Virus record (IMG/VR): IMGVR_UViG_3300044633_000899
Coordinates: 1 to 64,000 of that record
Strand: one strand, 5' to 3'
Length of the DNA stretch: 64,000 bases
Positions 19,655 through 29,449 of this stretch are shown one piece after another. The translations under genes and the position numbers were made by a program. Under the pieces are notes generated by a model. That model saw only the letters and a program-made list of their open reading frames with translations, ran no database searches and had not been told where the DNA came from. Position 1 is the first letter of the stretch. Every line of letters begins with the position of its first letter.

Positions 19655-22024
19655 ATGGATCTATTTAATCCACCAAAATTATACAATTACAACATTATGA
19701 TTAAAGATATTGACTTCTCAAAATTTGAAAATCCTACAATACAAGTTGTTTGGGAGGATTTGTCAGAGAATTTCACACAAGATAAGATAAAAAGTGTTAA
19801 ACATTATTTCCAAAAGAAATATAATACGACAAATGTAAATGTCTTAACAAAAGCCAAGATTGTTGATCAAGAAACAAATCAAACAATTGATATTTCGGTA
19901 AACATTACCGACACAAATTATCAATTGGATTTATTGAAGAATTTTATTACATCAAAGGGTTATGATAAAAAGATGGACGAAATCTTGGATTTAAATAAAT
20001 CTGTTGAGGGCAGAATGGATAATATTGACACATCACAATTCAAACAGTGGTATATTAGAAATATTGAATTTTCAAACTTTTTATCGTATGGTGAGAATCA
20101 AAAACTGGACATTGATAAGTTAAATGGTATCGTTGTTGTTGAATCAGACCCAAAAAATTTCGGTGGAAAAACTGTTTTAAGCCTGGACCTATTATTGTTT
20201 TTATTCTTTAATGAGACAACCAAAACAACAAAGGCCGAGGAGATTTTTAACCGATTTACCGATAAAGACAAAGTCTCGGTTAAGGGTGAAATCACGATTG
20301 ATGGTGAGGACTATATAATTGTACGAACGATTGAACGAAAAAAATCAAAGAAAGGTGAATGGAATGTAAAAACCGAATTGGACTTTTTCAAAAAGTTGGG
20401 TGATGGATCGTTACAAAACTTTACTGGGGAACAAAGACGAGAGACTGAAGATTTTATTAAGAACTCAATTGGAACAAAGGAAGACTTCTTAATGACAATT
20501 CTAACAACCGCAACAAACTTGGAGGACTTGTTGGAATCAAAACCAACAGCAAGAGGTCAAATTTTGTCACGATTTATGGGACTAGAATTTCTTAAAAGAA
20601 AGGAAGAGGTGGCTAAAGAAATTTATTCCGAATTTAACAAGTCAAAATTATCAAACATTTATAATTCTGAACAATTAAAAAATGATATTGAGACTTATAG
20701 ACAAGAAATAAGTGACCTTAATGATAAAATCATCACATACGATGTTGAACTAAAAACAATTGAAGAAGGTATCACCAAGGGTAAACAATATCGCGATGAT
20801 ATGTTAAACAAAAAACATAGTGACATTGACCGTGAGATTGCGATTATGAATCCAGATGAGGTTAAAAACCAAATCCAAAAGTTAACAACCGAAAAAAGTT
20901 CATTCCAGACAAAGTTAAACGAATTAAATGTTGTTGAACCAGAAACATTTTACCACGAGGACGAACACGACAATGTTAAAGATGAGTACAACAAGGTTAA
21001 TACGGAAAAAATAACACTTGATACAAAAATATCTGAAATTGAGAAATTAAAAAGTTCTGTTAAAGGTGGTATTAAATGTGAACACTGTGGAATTGAGTTA
21101 ATGAACGCTGCGATTACCCAACAAAAAATTTCAGAACTTGACGGATTTATCAATCAAAGAGATGAAAAAATTAGGTTAATGACTGATTTATCACTCAAAG
21201 AAAAAGAATTTGTTGAAACTAAAAAACAGTTTGATGAGTATGAAAAAAACAAACTAATCAAAGAAAAATACGATTTAAGTATTGAAAGTTGTGATTTAAA
21301 AATTGCTGGTTTAAATACAAAACTAGAAAAGTGGGAAGAAGTCCAGGATAAAATCCAAGGTAACAAAAAGATTGATGAGATGTTACTTAAAGCGGATATG
21401 CGTTTGGAAGAACTGGAAAGAACGAAAAGGGCGAAAACAACTGAAATTTCAACCGCTGAGTACAACATTAAATCCAAGAACGAAAAAATCGTACACAACG
21501 AAAGTATGATTGTCAAAATCAATGAAGAAGAACAAAAAGACAGTATCTACAAAATGTACTTGGAGGCCTTCGGTAAAAACGGACTATCTAAAAGTATTAT
21601 GAAAACAATGATGCCGTTGATTAATTCTGAGTTACAACGATTAATGGAAGATAGTGCATACTTCAAATTAGAGGTTAGAATTAACGATAAAAACGAAGTT
21701 GAGTTCATTATGGTTGATAATAGTACTGGTGTTGAGAAATTAATGATTAGTGGGTCTGGTTATGAGAAAACAATTGCGTCATTAGCATTACGATCGGTAT
21801 TAAGTAAAGTATGTTCACTACCAAAGCCCAACATTGTTGTGTTTGACGAGGTTTTTGGAAAGATTGCGAATGACAATTTAGAGTTGGTTGCCGAATTTTT
21901 CACAAAGATTAAAACGTATTTTGATAAGATCTTTGTTATCAGTCACAATCCATTAATTAACCAATGGGCAGATTCAACGATTAGAGTTACCAAGGAAGAC
22001 AATGTTTCACGAATTTTATCTTAA
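19655..22024 (+). CDS. Rad50/SbcC/gp46-like SMC ATPase
   Basis: FSNFLSYG, Walker A NFGGKT, a CEHC zinc hook, SGSGYEK signature and VVFDEVFG Walker B. Confidence 0.9.
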   Translation: MDLFNPPKLYNYNIMIKDIDFSKFENPTIQVVWEDLSENFTQDKIKSVKHYFQKKYNTTNVNVLTKAKIVDQETNQTIDISVNITDTNYQLDLLKNFITSKGYDKKMDEILDLNKSVEGRMDNIDTSQFKQWYIRNIEFSNFLSYGENQKLDIDKLNGIVVVESDPKNFGGKTVLSLDLLLFLFFNETTKTTKAEEIFNRFTDKDKVSVKGEITIDGEDYIIVRTIERKKSKKGEWNVKTELDFFKKLGDGSLQNFTGEQRRETEDFIKNSIGTKEDFLMTILTTATNLEDLLESKPTARGQILSRFMGLEFLKRKEEVAKEIYSEFNKSKLSNIYNSEQLKNDIETYRQEISDLNDKIITYDVELKTIEEGITKGKQYRDDMLNKKHSDIDREIAIMNPDEVKNQIQKLTTEKSSFQTKLNELNVVEPETFYHEDEHDNVKDEYNKVNTEKITLDTKISEIEKLKSSVKGGIKCEHCGIELMNAAITQQKISELDGFINQRDEKIRLMTDLSLKEKEFVETKKQFDEYEKNKLIKEKYDLSIESCDLKIAGLNTKLEKWEEVQDKIQGNKKIDEMLLKADMRLEELERTKRAKTTEISTAEYNIKSKNEKIVHNESMIVKINEEEQKDSIYKMYLEAFGKNGLSKSIMKTMMPLINSELQRLMEDSAYFKLEVRINDKNEVEFIMVDNSTGVEKLMISGSGYEKTIASLALRSVLSKVCSLPKPNIVVFDEVFGKIANDNLELVAEFFTKIKTYFDKIFVISHNPLINQWADSTIRVTKEDNVSRILS

Positions 22025-22030
22025 TTTAAT

Positions 22031-22564
22031 ATGCAAAAAAGATGTTTAACGGGTACAATTTTTGAAAAATTTTTATGTACGGATGGTTTTATCCACAAAT
22101 CAAAATCACCAAAGGTAAAATACTCTGGTGAGGGTAAATCCATCCTAAGTAAAATTAAAAACTCAAATTATGATCCATCAATAGTGGAAGTATTACCTGA
22201 AAGTGATTTTACAAAATACGACATTATAAATGAAGAAACCAACGAAAAGTTGGAAGCAAAAAAATACAAAAGAGAGTCGGTAACAAAATGGACACTATTC
22301 TCTGAACCATTTTTTAAGATTGCAACAAGAAAACAAGCAACAAAAATTACCGTCAGACAATATAATTTATTTGTCAATCGTTTTTGGAAACTTAACAATA
22401 AAAAAGGGTTTTTTGATGATATCATAACACAAATGACTGAAACGTTATCTGGGATTTGTGTTATTGATGGATTCATACCAATAGATGATATTGAGTTTAG
22501 GTTTGTTGTTAAAGATTCCTGGATGGGATATAAAAGAATTACATTAGAATTTAGAGTAAAATAA
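22031..22564 (+). CDS. Putative PD-(D/E)XK restriction-like endonuclease
   Basis: KYDIINEETNEKLEAKKY fits a D-x10-E-x-K catalytic pattern. Confidence 0.4.
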   Translation: MQKRCLTGTIFEKFLCTDGFIHKSKSPKVKYSGEGKSILSKIKNSNYDPSIVEVLPESDFTKYDIINEETNEKLEAKKYKRESVTKWTLFSEPFFKIATRKQATKITVRQYNLFVNRFWKLNNKKGFFDDIITQMTETLSGICVIDGFIPIDDIEFRFVVKDSWMGYKRITLEFRVK

Positions 22565-22641
22565 ATCAAATTTGACACAAAAAAAATTAGTATATATACT
22601 AAACTTTCACTACCTTTGTATCAACAAAAAAAGATAACATT

Positions 22642-23184
22642 ATGAAGTATTTATTATTTGTCTATCCCAATCATACATACTGGGAAGCCGATATTATGAA
22701 CCACGAAATAGGGGTTGAACTAACTAAAATTTCAAAAGAAAAAAAACCAGTTAATTTTATTTACAGCGAAACGGATTCGGTATTTAATTTCAATTCTGAT
22801 TTGTCGGAAGATGAGTTATTAATATACCTTGATACGTTAGATCCCATAATAGATGAGTTTACCTATATTTTAGTTAGAGGTGCTAAAAGTATCACGTCAA
22901 ATTTACCTAAACAACATTTTAAACAATTAACAAACCCTAAAAATAAGGGTAAAACAGATGGTGATATTAATTATTTCGCAACAAGTGACGGTGAATTAGA
23001 TCAAAACTATTATGAAACATTAGTGAATAACGCCATGGATTATTTTTTCAGTAAAAATCTAGGACAAAATGTTTGTACAATGACACTTGACGACCTATTA
23101 GATAAAATATCATTAGATGGTATTGATTCATTAACAACAGAAGAGAAAAATAAATTAGACGAATATTCAAAAACACAATTATGA
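22642..23184 (+). CDS. Hypothetical protein with a DUF6576-like C-terminus
   Basis: LDDLLDKISLDGIDSLTTEEKNKL. TACCTTTG -7 box at 22611-22618. Confidence 0.55.
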   Translation: MKYLLFVYPNHTYWEADIMNHEIGVELTKISKEKKPVNFIYSETDSVFNFNSDLSEDELLIYLDTLDPIIDEFTYILVRGAKSITSNLPKQHFKQLTNPKNKGKTDGDINYFATSDGELDQNYYETLVNNAMDYFFSKNLGQNVCTMTLDDLLDKISLDGIDSLTTEEKNKLDEYSKTQL

Positions 23185-23981
23185 GAGAAAAAACAAACGG
23201 AGCGCCGATTAATCAAGACGAAATTTATCACTACTTAAAGGACATTAGAAAAATAAAAGTAATGACACCTGAACGTGAGAAAGAATTAGCGATTAAAATG
23301 AAGTCAGAAGAAACGTCGTTGATTGAAAAGAAACGGATTGAAGAGGAGTTAATACAAGGTAACCTACGTTTTGTTATCACCGTCGCAAAACAATATCAAA
23401 ATCAAGGTCTTGAATTACCAGACTTAATTGCCGAAGGAAATCTTGGTTTAATGAAAGCAATTAAACATTTTGATTGGACAAAAGATCTTAGATTTATATC
23501 ATATGCTGTTTGGTGGGTTAAACAATCAATAATACAATCACTAAATGATAATTCAAGAACAATACGACTACCAGTTAATGTTGTCCAGGATTTACAACGA
23601 GCAAAAAAAGAAGTTGAACAGAACGGTAAAAAAATAGACGATAAATTCTCTGCATTACCATCAATTATCAACTTGGATATGAACATCAATGAAGAAGGTG
23701 ATACGTTAGTAGACATCATCCAGAACCATAACGCTGAAGCACCAGACGCATGTTTTGATACCAAAGATATTTTAAAACAAAAATTAATATCGTTATTGGA
23801 CGTATTGGATGATCGTGAAAAAGTTATTGTTGAAGATTACTTTGGTTTAAGTGGAACACCAAGAACTTTAGAAGACATTGGATCCGATTTTAACTTAACG
23901 AAAGAACGCGTTAGACAGGTAAAGGAAAAAAGTTTAAGAAAGTTAAGAAACCATTGTTCTGAATTATTTGATTATTTATAA
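23181..23981 (+). CDS. Sigma-70 family RNA polymerase sigma factor (Bacteroidota primary-sigma-like, no region 1.1)
   Basis: NLRFVITVAKQY, DLIAEGNLGL, RFISYAVWWVKQSI, RTIRLP and a region-4 HTH TLEDIG..LTKERVRQ. Confidence 0.92.
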   Translation: MREKTNGAPINQDEIYHYLKDIRKIKVMTPEREKELAIKMKSEETSLIEKKRIEEELIQGNLRFVITVAKQYQNQGLELPDLIAEGNLGLMKAIKHFDWTKDLRFISYAVWWVKQSIIQSLNDNSRTIRLPVNVVQDLQRAKKEVEQNGKKIDDKFSALPSIINLDMNINEEGDTLVDIIQNHNAEAPDACFDTKDILKQKLISLLDVLDDREKVIVEDYFGLSGTPRTLEDIGSDFNLTKERVRQVKEKSLRKLRNHCSELFDYL

Positions 23982-24073
23982 ATCAATATTGATTTGCTAA
24001 AATATGTTAAAAAAAATTTTTGTATTGAAAAATAACATACCTTTGTCTTGTTAATCATTTAAAAATATGTCTT

Positions 24074-24304
24074 ATGTTGAATTTATGTAAAAAGGTTGAA
24101 AAGGATTTCCAAATCCTTAAAAGTGGTGTTAAGAATGACACGCTTACAATCAACGAGATTGATACTATGAGTTTTGAATTACTTGGTATTTTAGGAACAT
24201 TGACACAAAACAATGTTGTTAACATCAACGGAAAGGAAACTGTTGATAAATACAAAGATCGTGTTTGGATGATTATTGAGAACGTAGGTTTATTGGCCGA
24301 CTAA
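24074..24304 (+). CDS. Hypothetical protein
   Basis: Has its own TACCTTTG box (24038-24045) and a downstream terminator. Confidence 0.6.
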   Translation: MLNLCKKVEKDFQILKSGVKNDTLTINEIDTMSFELLGILGTLTQNNVVNINGKETVDKYKDRVWMIIENVGLLAD

Positions 24305-24337
24305 ACTTGATAATTAATTTCTTGAAAATATTTGATT

Positions 24338-24364
24338 CCCACCGTAAATGGTGGGTTTTTTTTT
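24338..24364 (+). terminator. Intrinsic terminator
   Basis: CCCACC-gtaaat-GGTGGG followed by a T run. Confidence 0.85.
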
Positions 24365-24410
24365 GATCATATCATTTGACATTAAAAAACGTTTCACCTA
24401 TATTTCATCT

Positions 24411-25247
24411 ATGAATGTATTAAGTTTATTTGATGGATTATCTTGTGGTCAAATTGCCCTTAATAGAGTTGGAATTAAATACAACAAGTATTTTGCGTCA
24501 GAGATTGACGAATACGCGATTAAAGTAACCCAACAGAATTATCCAGGAACAACCCAAATTGGTGATGTAACACAAGTTAAAGGATCTGAGTTACCACAAA
24601 TTGATCTTATCATTGGTGGATCACCTTGTCAAGGATTTTCATTTGCGGGAAAAGGTTTAAATTTTGACGATCCAAGAAGTGCTTTATTCTTTGAATTTGT
24701 TAGATTAGTAAAAGAATGTAATCCGAAATACTTTTTACTTGAAAATGTTAAAATGAAAAAAGAACACGAAGATGTTATTACTGAACATATGGGGATTAAA
24801 CCTATTAAGATTAATAGTAAATTAGTATCAGCACAAAGTAGGGAAAGACTATATTGGACTAATATTCCGAACATAAAACAACCGGAAGATAAAGGTATTT
24901 TAGTTAAAGATATTTTAGATTATACCACCGAACATAAACTTTTAACTGAGAAGGGTATTAAATCACAAATCCATTATGCCAAAAATTACAAGTCAATAGG
25001 TAAATCACCAACATTAACTAGTGAATTGGCGCACGGTTGGGGTAAGAACATCACACCCAAATGTTATATTGAAATAAAAGCAATTACTGGTGAGGATAGG
25101 TTATTCTCACCATTAGAATGTGAACGATTACAAACAGTTCCAGATAATTACACTTCAGTTGTATCAAATACACAAAGATATAAAATGTTGGGGAATGGAT
25201 GGACAGTAGATGTAATCGCACATATATTTAAAAATATTGAAATATGA
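24411..25247 (+). CDS. DNA cytosine-C5 methyltransferase #1
   Basis: SLFDG (motif I), GSPCQ (IV), ENV (VI), QSRER (VIII) and GNG (X). True start ATG at 24411. Confidence 0.92.
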   Translation: MNVLSLFDGLSCGQIALNRVGIKYNKYFASEIDEYAIKVTQQNYPGTTQIGDVTQVKGSELPQIDLIIGGSPCQGFSFAGKGLNFDDPRSALFFEFVRLVKECNPKYFLLENVKMKKEHEDVITEHMGIKPIKINSKLVSAQSRERLYWTNIPNIKQPEDKGILVKDILDYTTEHKLLTEKGIKSQIHYAKNYKSIGKSPTLTSELAHGWGKNITPKCYIEIKAITGEDRLFSPLECERLQTVPDNYTSVVSNTQRYKMLGNGWTVDVIAHIFKNIEI

Positions 25248-26041
25248 ATGTATTAAGTTTATTTGACGGCATGTCAGTAGGACAAATTGCTCTTAATAGA
25301 GTTGGAATTAAGTATGACAAATATTTTGCATCAGAGATTGATAAATTTGCAATACAAGTAACACAATGTAATTATCCAGAAACAACCCAAATTGGGGATG
25401 TAACACAAGTGAAAGGTTCCGATCTGCCACAAATTGATCTTATTATTGGTGGATCACCTTGTCAAGGATTTTCATTTGCTGGTAAACAATTGAATTTTGA
25501 TGATCCAAGAAGTGCTTTATTCTTTGAGTTTGTTAGGTTAATTGAAGAATGTAAACCAAAGTATTTTCTACTTGAAAATGTTGTGATGAAAAAAGAATAT
25601 GAAGATATTATCACACAACATATGGGTGTAAAACCAATTCTCATAAATAGTAATCTTGTTTCAGCACAAAATAGAAAACGACTTTATTGGACCAACATTC
25701 CAAACATAGAACAACCAGAAGATTTAAATATAACTATGTCTGACATACTTTTAAGTGGTCAACATATACTTGTCTCAAAACAAAAAAAGGAACATAAACC
25801 TGGTGGTGATAAAACGGCAACATTACTTGCTAGAGACTATAAAGGATTTGGTAATCAACAAATGAGTGGTGCTATGGACAATGGTAATATTAGAATGTTT
25901 ACACCTGTAGAATATGAAAGATTACAAACTGTTCCAGATAATTACACCTCTGTCGTCTCAAACACCCAAAGATATAAAATGCTTGGAAATGGATGGACTG
26001 TTGATGTAATTGCACATATATTTAAAAATATAGAAATATGA
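25244..26041 (+). CDS. DNA cytosine-C5 methyltransferase #2
   Basis: Same motif set with a different TRD. ATGA overlap with #1. Confidence 0.92.
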   Translation: MNVLSLFDGMSVGQIALNRVGIKYDKYFASEIDKFAIQVTQCNYPETTQIGDVTQVKGSDLPQIDLIIGGSPCQGFSFAGKQLNFDDPRSALFFEFVRLIEECKPKYFLLENVVMKKEYEDIITQHMGVKPILINSNLVSAQNRKRLYWTNIPNIEQPEDLNITMSDILLSGQHILVSKQKKEHKPGGDKTATLLARDYKGFGNQQMSGAMDNGNIRMFTPVEYERLQTVPDNYTSVVSNTQRYKMLGNGWTVDVIAHIFKNIEI

Positions 26042-26946
26042 ATGTATTAAGTTTATTTGATGGGTTATCTTGCGGTCAAATCGCATTGAACCGTGCTGAT
26101 ATTAAATATGAAAATTATTTTGCTTCCGAAATTGACAAACACGCAATCAAGGTAACGCAACACAATTACCCAAACACAATACAACTTGGAAGTGTTACAG
26201 AAATTAAAGGGTCTGATTTACCACAAATTGATCTTATCATTGGTGGATCACCGTGTCAAGGATTTTCATTCGCTGGTAAACAATTAAACTTTGATGATCC
26301 ACGAAGTAAATTATTTTTTGAGTTTGTTAGACTAAAAAATGAGTTAAATCCAAAATACTTTTTACTTGAAAACGTTGTGATGAAACAAGAGTTCCAGGAT
26401 GTAATAACCGAGTATCTGGGTGTCAAACCAATTAAGATTAATAGTAAATTGGTATCAGCACAAACCAGAGAAAGATTATATTGGACTAATATACCAAATT
26501 TAAAACAACCAGAGGATTGTGGAATAACATTAAATGATATCTTGGAGGATATTGGTATAAATGGTGAATCTTTTGATAAAACAAAATTAAATAAAGCGAC
26601 AATATTAGGTAGAAGATTAGATTCTCGTGGTAAACGGATGGATTATGACAAAACAATCCCAATTACACAATGTTTGGAGGTTAGAGCGACAAATAGAGAT
26701 AAAAGTAATTGTTTAACAACGGTTGCAAAAGATAATGTTTTAACAACACTACCAATTGGTCGTCACGTTGACGCATTTAAAAAGAATTTACCATTCAGAT
26801 ATTTTACAATAAAAGAACATTGTAGACTACAAACCGTACCAGATACTTATTTTGATGGTGTTGCGAGTGAAAATCAAATTAGAAAAATGTTAGGAAATGG
26901 GTGGACAGTTGATGTTATTTCACATATTTTTAAAAATATTTTGTGA
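26038..26946 (+). CDS. DNA cytosine-C5 methyltransferase #3
   Basis: Same motif set with a longer TRD. ATGA overlap with #2. Confidence 0.92.
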   Translation: MNVLSLFDGLSCGQIALNRADIKYENYFASEIDKHAIKVTQHNYPNTIQLGSVTEIKGSDLPQIDLIIGGSPCQGFSFAGKQLNFDDPRSKLFFEFVRLKNELNPKYFLLENVVMKQEFQDVITEYLGVKPIKINSKLVSAQTRERLYWTNIPNLKQPEDCGITLNDILEDIGINGESFDKTKLNKATILGRRLDSRGKRMDYDKTIPITQCLEVRATNRDKSNCLTTVAKDNVLTTLPIGRHVDAFKKNLPFRYFTIKEHCRLQTVPDTYFDGVASENQIRKMLGNGWTVDVISHIFKNIL

Positions 26947-26948
26947 AA

Positions 26949-26982
26949 GTTGTTATTTATTCAAAATAAAGTGTTACATTTG
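26949..26982 (+). promoter_or_regulatory. Bacteroidota-type promoter (-7 TACATTTG) facing an ORF-free region
   Basis: TACATTTG at 26975-26982, GTTG about 22 nt upstream. Confidence 0.6.
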
Positions 26983-26987
26983 TACTG

Positions 26988-27296
26988 TTGGATTAATCAA
27001 CAACTTGTTTTTGGACTCCCAAGTATAGAAAAGGAGTTTATCACTTAACTCACGGGTTAGGTGGGGTGATTGAAAAAGATGGGAGATCCCCAAAATACAC
27101 AGAAACGTGGTAATTACCAGCCATCCCATATACGGCTAGATGGGCGTTAAGTCTTTACGAGATAAGGACAGAAAGGACGGGTTAAAAATCACAAATGAGC
27201 TCAAAGTGATGGTTTAAGTAGAAGTAGTTTGGGAAGAAACGAGCCCAGGCTGATAGGAAGATGGAAGACGATTAAGATACTAATATCCTATCCTAC
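26988..27296 (+). ncRNA. Candidate ~310-nt structured non-coding RNA
   Basis: GC-enriched and ORF-free in a dense genome, has its own promoter, and contains many hairpins with G-U pairs. Confidence 0.55.
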
Positions 27297-27719
27297 TTAA
27301 GCAACCCAAATTACAACTTGATTATCACCAACTCTAAAAGGATTTGAAGGTGATTCCCTAAATACAGTTGAAATTTCTAATCTCCAGTAAGTACCCCCAA
27401 TATGTATAGGGTTTATCGCTAACGCTAATTCCCGTTCAACTGATTTAACGACAAATGGTTTTTTGTTAAAAATTTCTCTATTAATAATTTTTTCGGCGAT
27501 ATCACCCTTAACTAGTGAAATAAGTTCTTTAATTTCTCTATTTTCAATAGGGTTCTGATTATAATCTGTTCCATCAAGTTCTGGTCTTGTAGATCTATCA
27601 AAAGCATGACTCCTCCTGTCAACTTCAAAATTAAATGAAACCTCAAGATTTGAAACAACTTGTGCTATTTTCTTTTCAAGTATTAAATGTTTTCTAATTG
27701 ACTCTCTAAGTAGTGACAT
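27297..27719 (-). CDS. Hypothetical (putative virion-internal) protein
   Basis: N-terminal MSLLRESIRKHLILE motif. Confidence 0.7.
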   Translation of the reverse strand: MSLLRESIRKHLILEKKIAQVVSNLEVSFNFEVDRRSHAFDRSTRPELDGTDYNQNPIENREIKELISLVKGDIAEKIINREIFNKKPFVVKSVERELALAINPIHIGGTYWRLEISTVFRESPSNPFRVGDNQVVIWVA

Positions 27720-27767
27720 ATCTATTAAACTTTATTATAAGTATTTATTTGTTATATTTTAGTCATT

Positions 27768-28853
27768 ATGAAAGAAAAATTTTTACCTTGGTTTATGTTA
27801 GTGTGTGCGTTAGGTCTATCTGGTACCGCAGCATACTATAGTGTTATTGGATTATCCGTTGTGTTTATTAGTGTTGCAACACCAGTTATTATTATGGGAT
27901 CATTCCTTGAGATCTCAAAAATCGCAATTGCGACCTATTTACACGACAAATGGAATGAAACATACGGAATGTTAAAGTTCTATATGACAACTGCCTTAAT
28001 TACATTATCAATAATTACATCAATTGGTATTTACGGACTTTTGAGTACTGGATTCCAGGGAAATATTGCCAAAATGGAAATCAATGAAAAACGAATTAAA
28101 AATATTGAGGTTAAGAAGAATCGGTTTATAGAAATAAAAGATGAATTAATTGATGAGAAAACAATATTAAATGGTGATATAACAAAATTGAGAGATGGAC
28201 TATCAAATAATACAACGACACAAACAGTTGACAGAAAAACAGGACAATTAATAACCAAGGCCAACGAGGGTAATAGGAAATCTTTTGAAACTCAATTACA
28301 ACAAGCACAAGTCAGACGAGACGATATTTCAAAAAAGATTGACAATTGTAACGACAGTATTACCAATTTGGATGTTCAAATCTTAGATATGGAATCAGCA
28401 GAAATTGAAGGTAGTGAACTTGGGGCTATAAAATACATTGGAGAAATATTAGATTGGGATATAAAAAAAGTTGCCAACTTATTTATATTGATATTAATTT
28501 TTGTTTTTGATCCGTTAGCGATAACATTAGTGATTGCAACAAATCAATTGTTTAAATCAAACAAGAAAAAGAATCCGACAACACAAAAAATTGAGACGGA
28601 TAATACCAAAATAGAAACAGAAAAAATTTGGGAAAAGGCAAACCAATTACGAGAAGAAGGTAAATTAGAACCACCAACCACAGAAGACATTATTAATGAA
28701 CCAACGGCTTTGGCCAATTCACAATACCGAAATGAATATAATATAGAACGGGAACCATTAAATCTGAACCAAGAGATAAATTGGGTTCAGACAAGTGAAG
28801 AAAATAATGGTGAGGTTAATCAAAACATAAAAAGATTGATATATAAGAAATAA
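27768..28853 (+). CDS. Membrane protein with a periplasmic coiled coil
   Basis: Three N-terminal TM helices, a long coiled coil, then a TM segment with IFVFDPLA. Confidence 0.7.
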   Translation: MKEKFLPWFMLVCALGLSGTAAYYSVIGLSVVFISVATPVIIMGSFLEISKIAIATYLHDKWNETYGMLKFYMTTALITLSIITSIGIYGLLSTGFQGNIAKMEINEKRIKNIEVKKNRFIEIKDELIDEKTILNGDITKLRDGLSNNTTTQTVDRKTGQLITKANEGNRKSFETQLQQAQVRRDDISKKIDNCNDSITNLDVQILDMESAEIEGSELGAIKYIGEILDWDIKKVANLFILILIFVFDPLAITLVIATNQLFKSNKKKNPTTQKIETDNTKIETEKIWEKANQLREEGKLEPPTTEDIINEPTALANSQYRNEYNIEREPLNLNQEINWVQTSEENNGEVNQNIKRLIYKK

Positions 28854-29449
28854 TGACAAAAATTATTAAGTATGGAAAATTTGTTGGTCTTGGTATTAAT
28901 GAAAATAAACGACAAATTGTTTTAATTCATTCTGGTAGACCAAGTGATGAATATTTAACATCACTTAAATATCGTCTGAATGGTAATTACGAAAAAATAC
29001 CTAATTATTTTATAGATAAAGATGGTAAGATTTTACAATTATTACCAAAGGAGGAAACCTCAAAAAACTTTAATATTAGTGTTGTTGATAAGAACGCAAT
29101 TGTTATTTGTTTGGAAAATTTGGGTTGGTTAGAAAAAGAACCATTAAAAAATGGTTACATTAACTGGATTGGTAATATTTATAAAGGTAAGGTGTACGAA
29201 AAAAAATGGAGAGACTACATTTTTTGGGATCCTTACACTGAAGAACAAACTAATTCAACGTTATTCTTGTGTAAGAAACTAATCGCACAAATGAATATTG
29301 ACAATAAGTTTGTTGGACATAACACTAAAATTAACGGTGCTGAAAAATTTTTTGGAGTACTAACAAGAAGTAATTTCTTTATGGAAACAACAGATTTAAA
29401 TCCATCGTTTAATTTTGAATATTTTTTAAAAAAAATTGAAGATGAATAG
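28853..29449 (+). CDS. N-acetylmuramoyl-L-alanine amidase-like protein (Amidase_2 fold, possibly degenerate)
   Basis: IVLIHS, NYFIDKDGKI, IVICLEN and VGHN motifs. Confidence 0.65.
   Translation: MTKIIKYGKFVGLGINENKRQIVLIHSGRPSDEYLTSLKYRLNGNYEKIPNYFIDKDGKILQLLPKEETSKNFNISVVDKNAIVICLENLGWLEKEPLKNGYINWIGNIYKGKVYEKKWRDYIFWDPYTEEQTNSTLFLCKKLIAQMNIDNKFVGHNTKINGAEKFFGVLTRSNFFMETTDLNPSFNFEYFLKKIEDE

Noticed and set aside
26988-27296. RNase P RNA, tmRNA or group I/II intron identity for the structured region (ACAGAAA and CTAGATG resemble RNase P fragments)
   Set aside because: No GAGGAAAGTCC core, no tmRNA GGGG/tRNA-like ends and no group II domain V. It is kept only as an unclassified ncRNA candidate.
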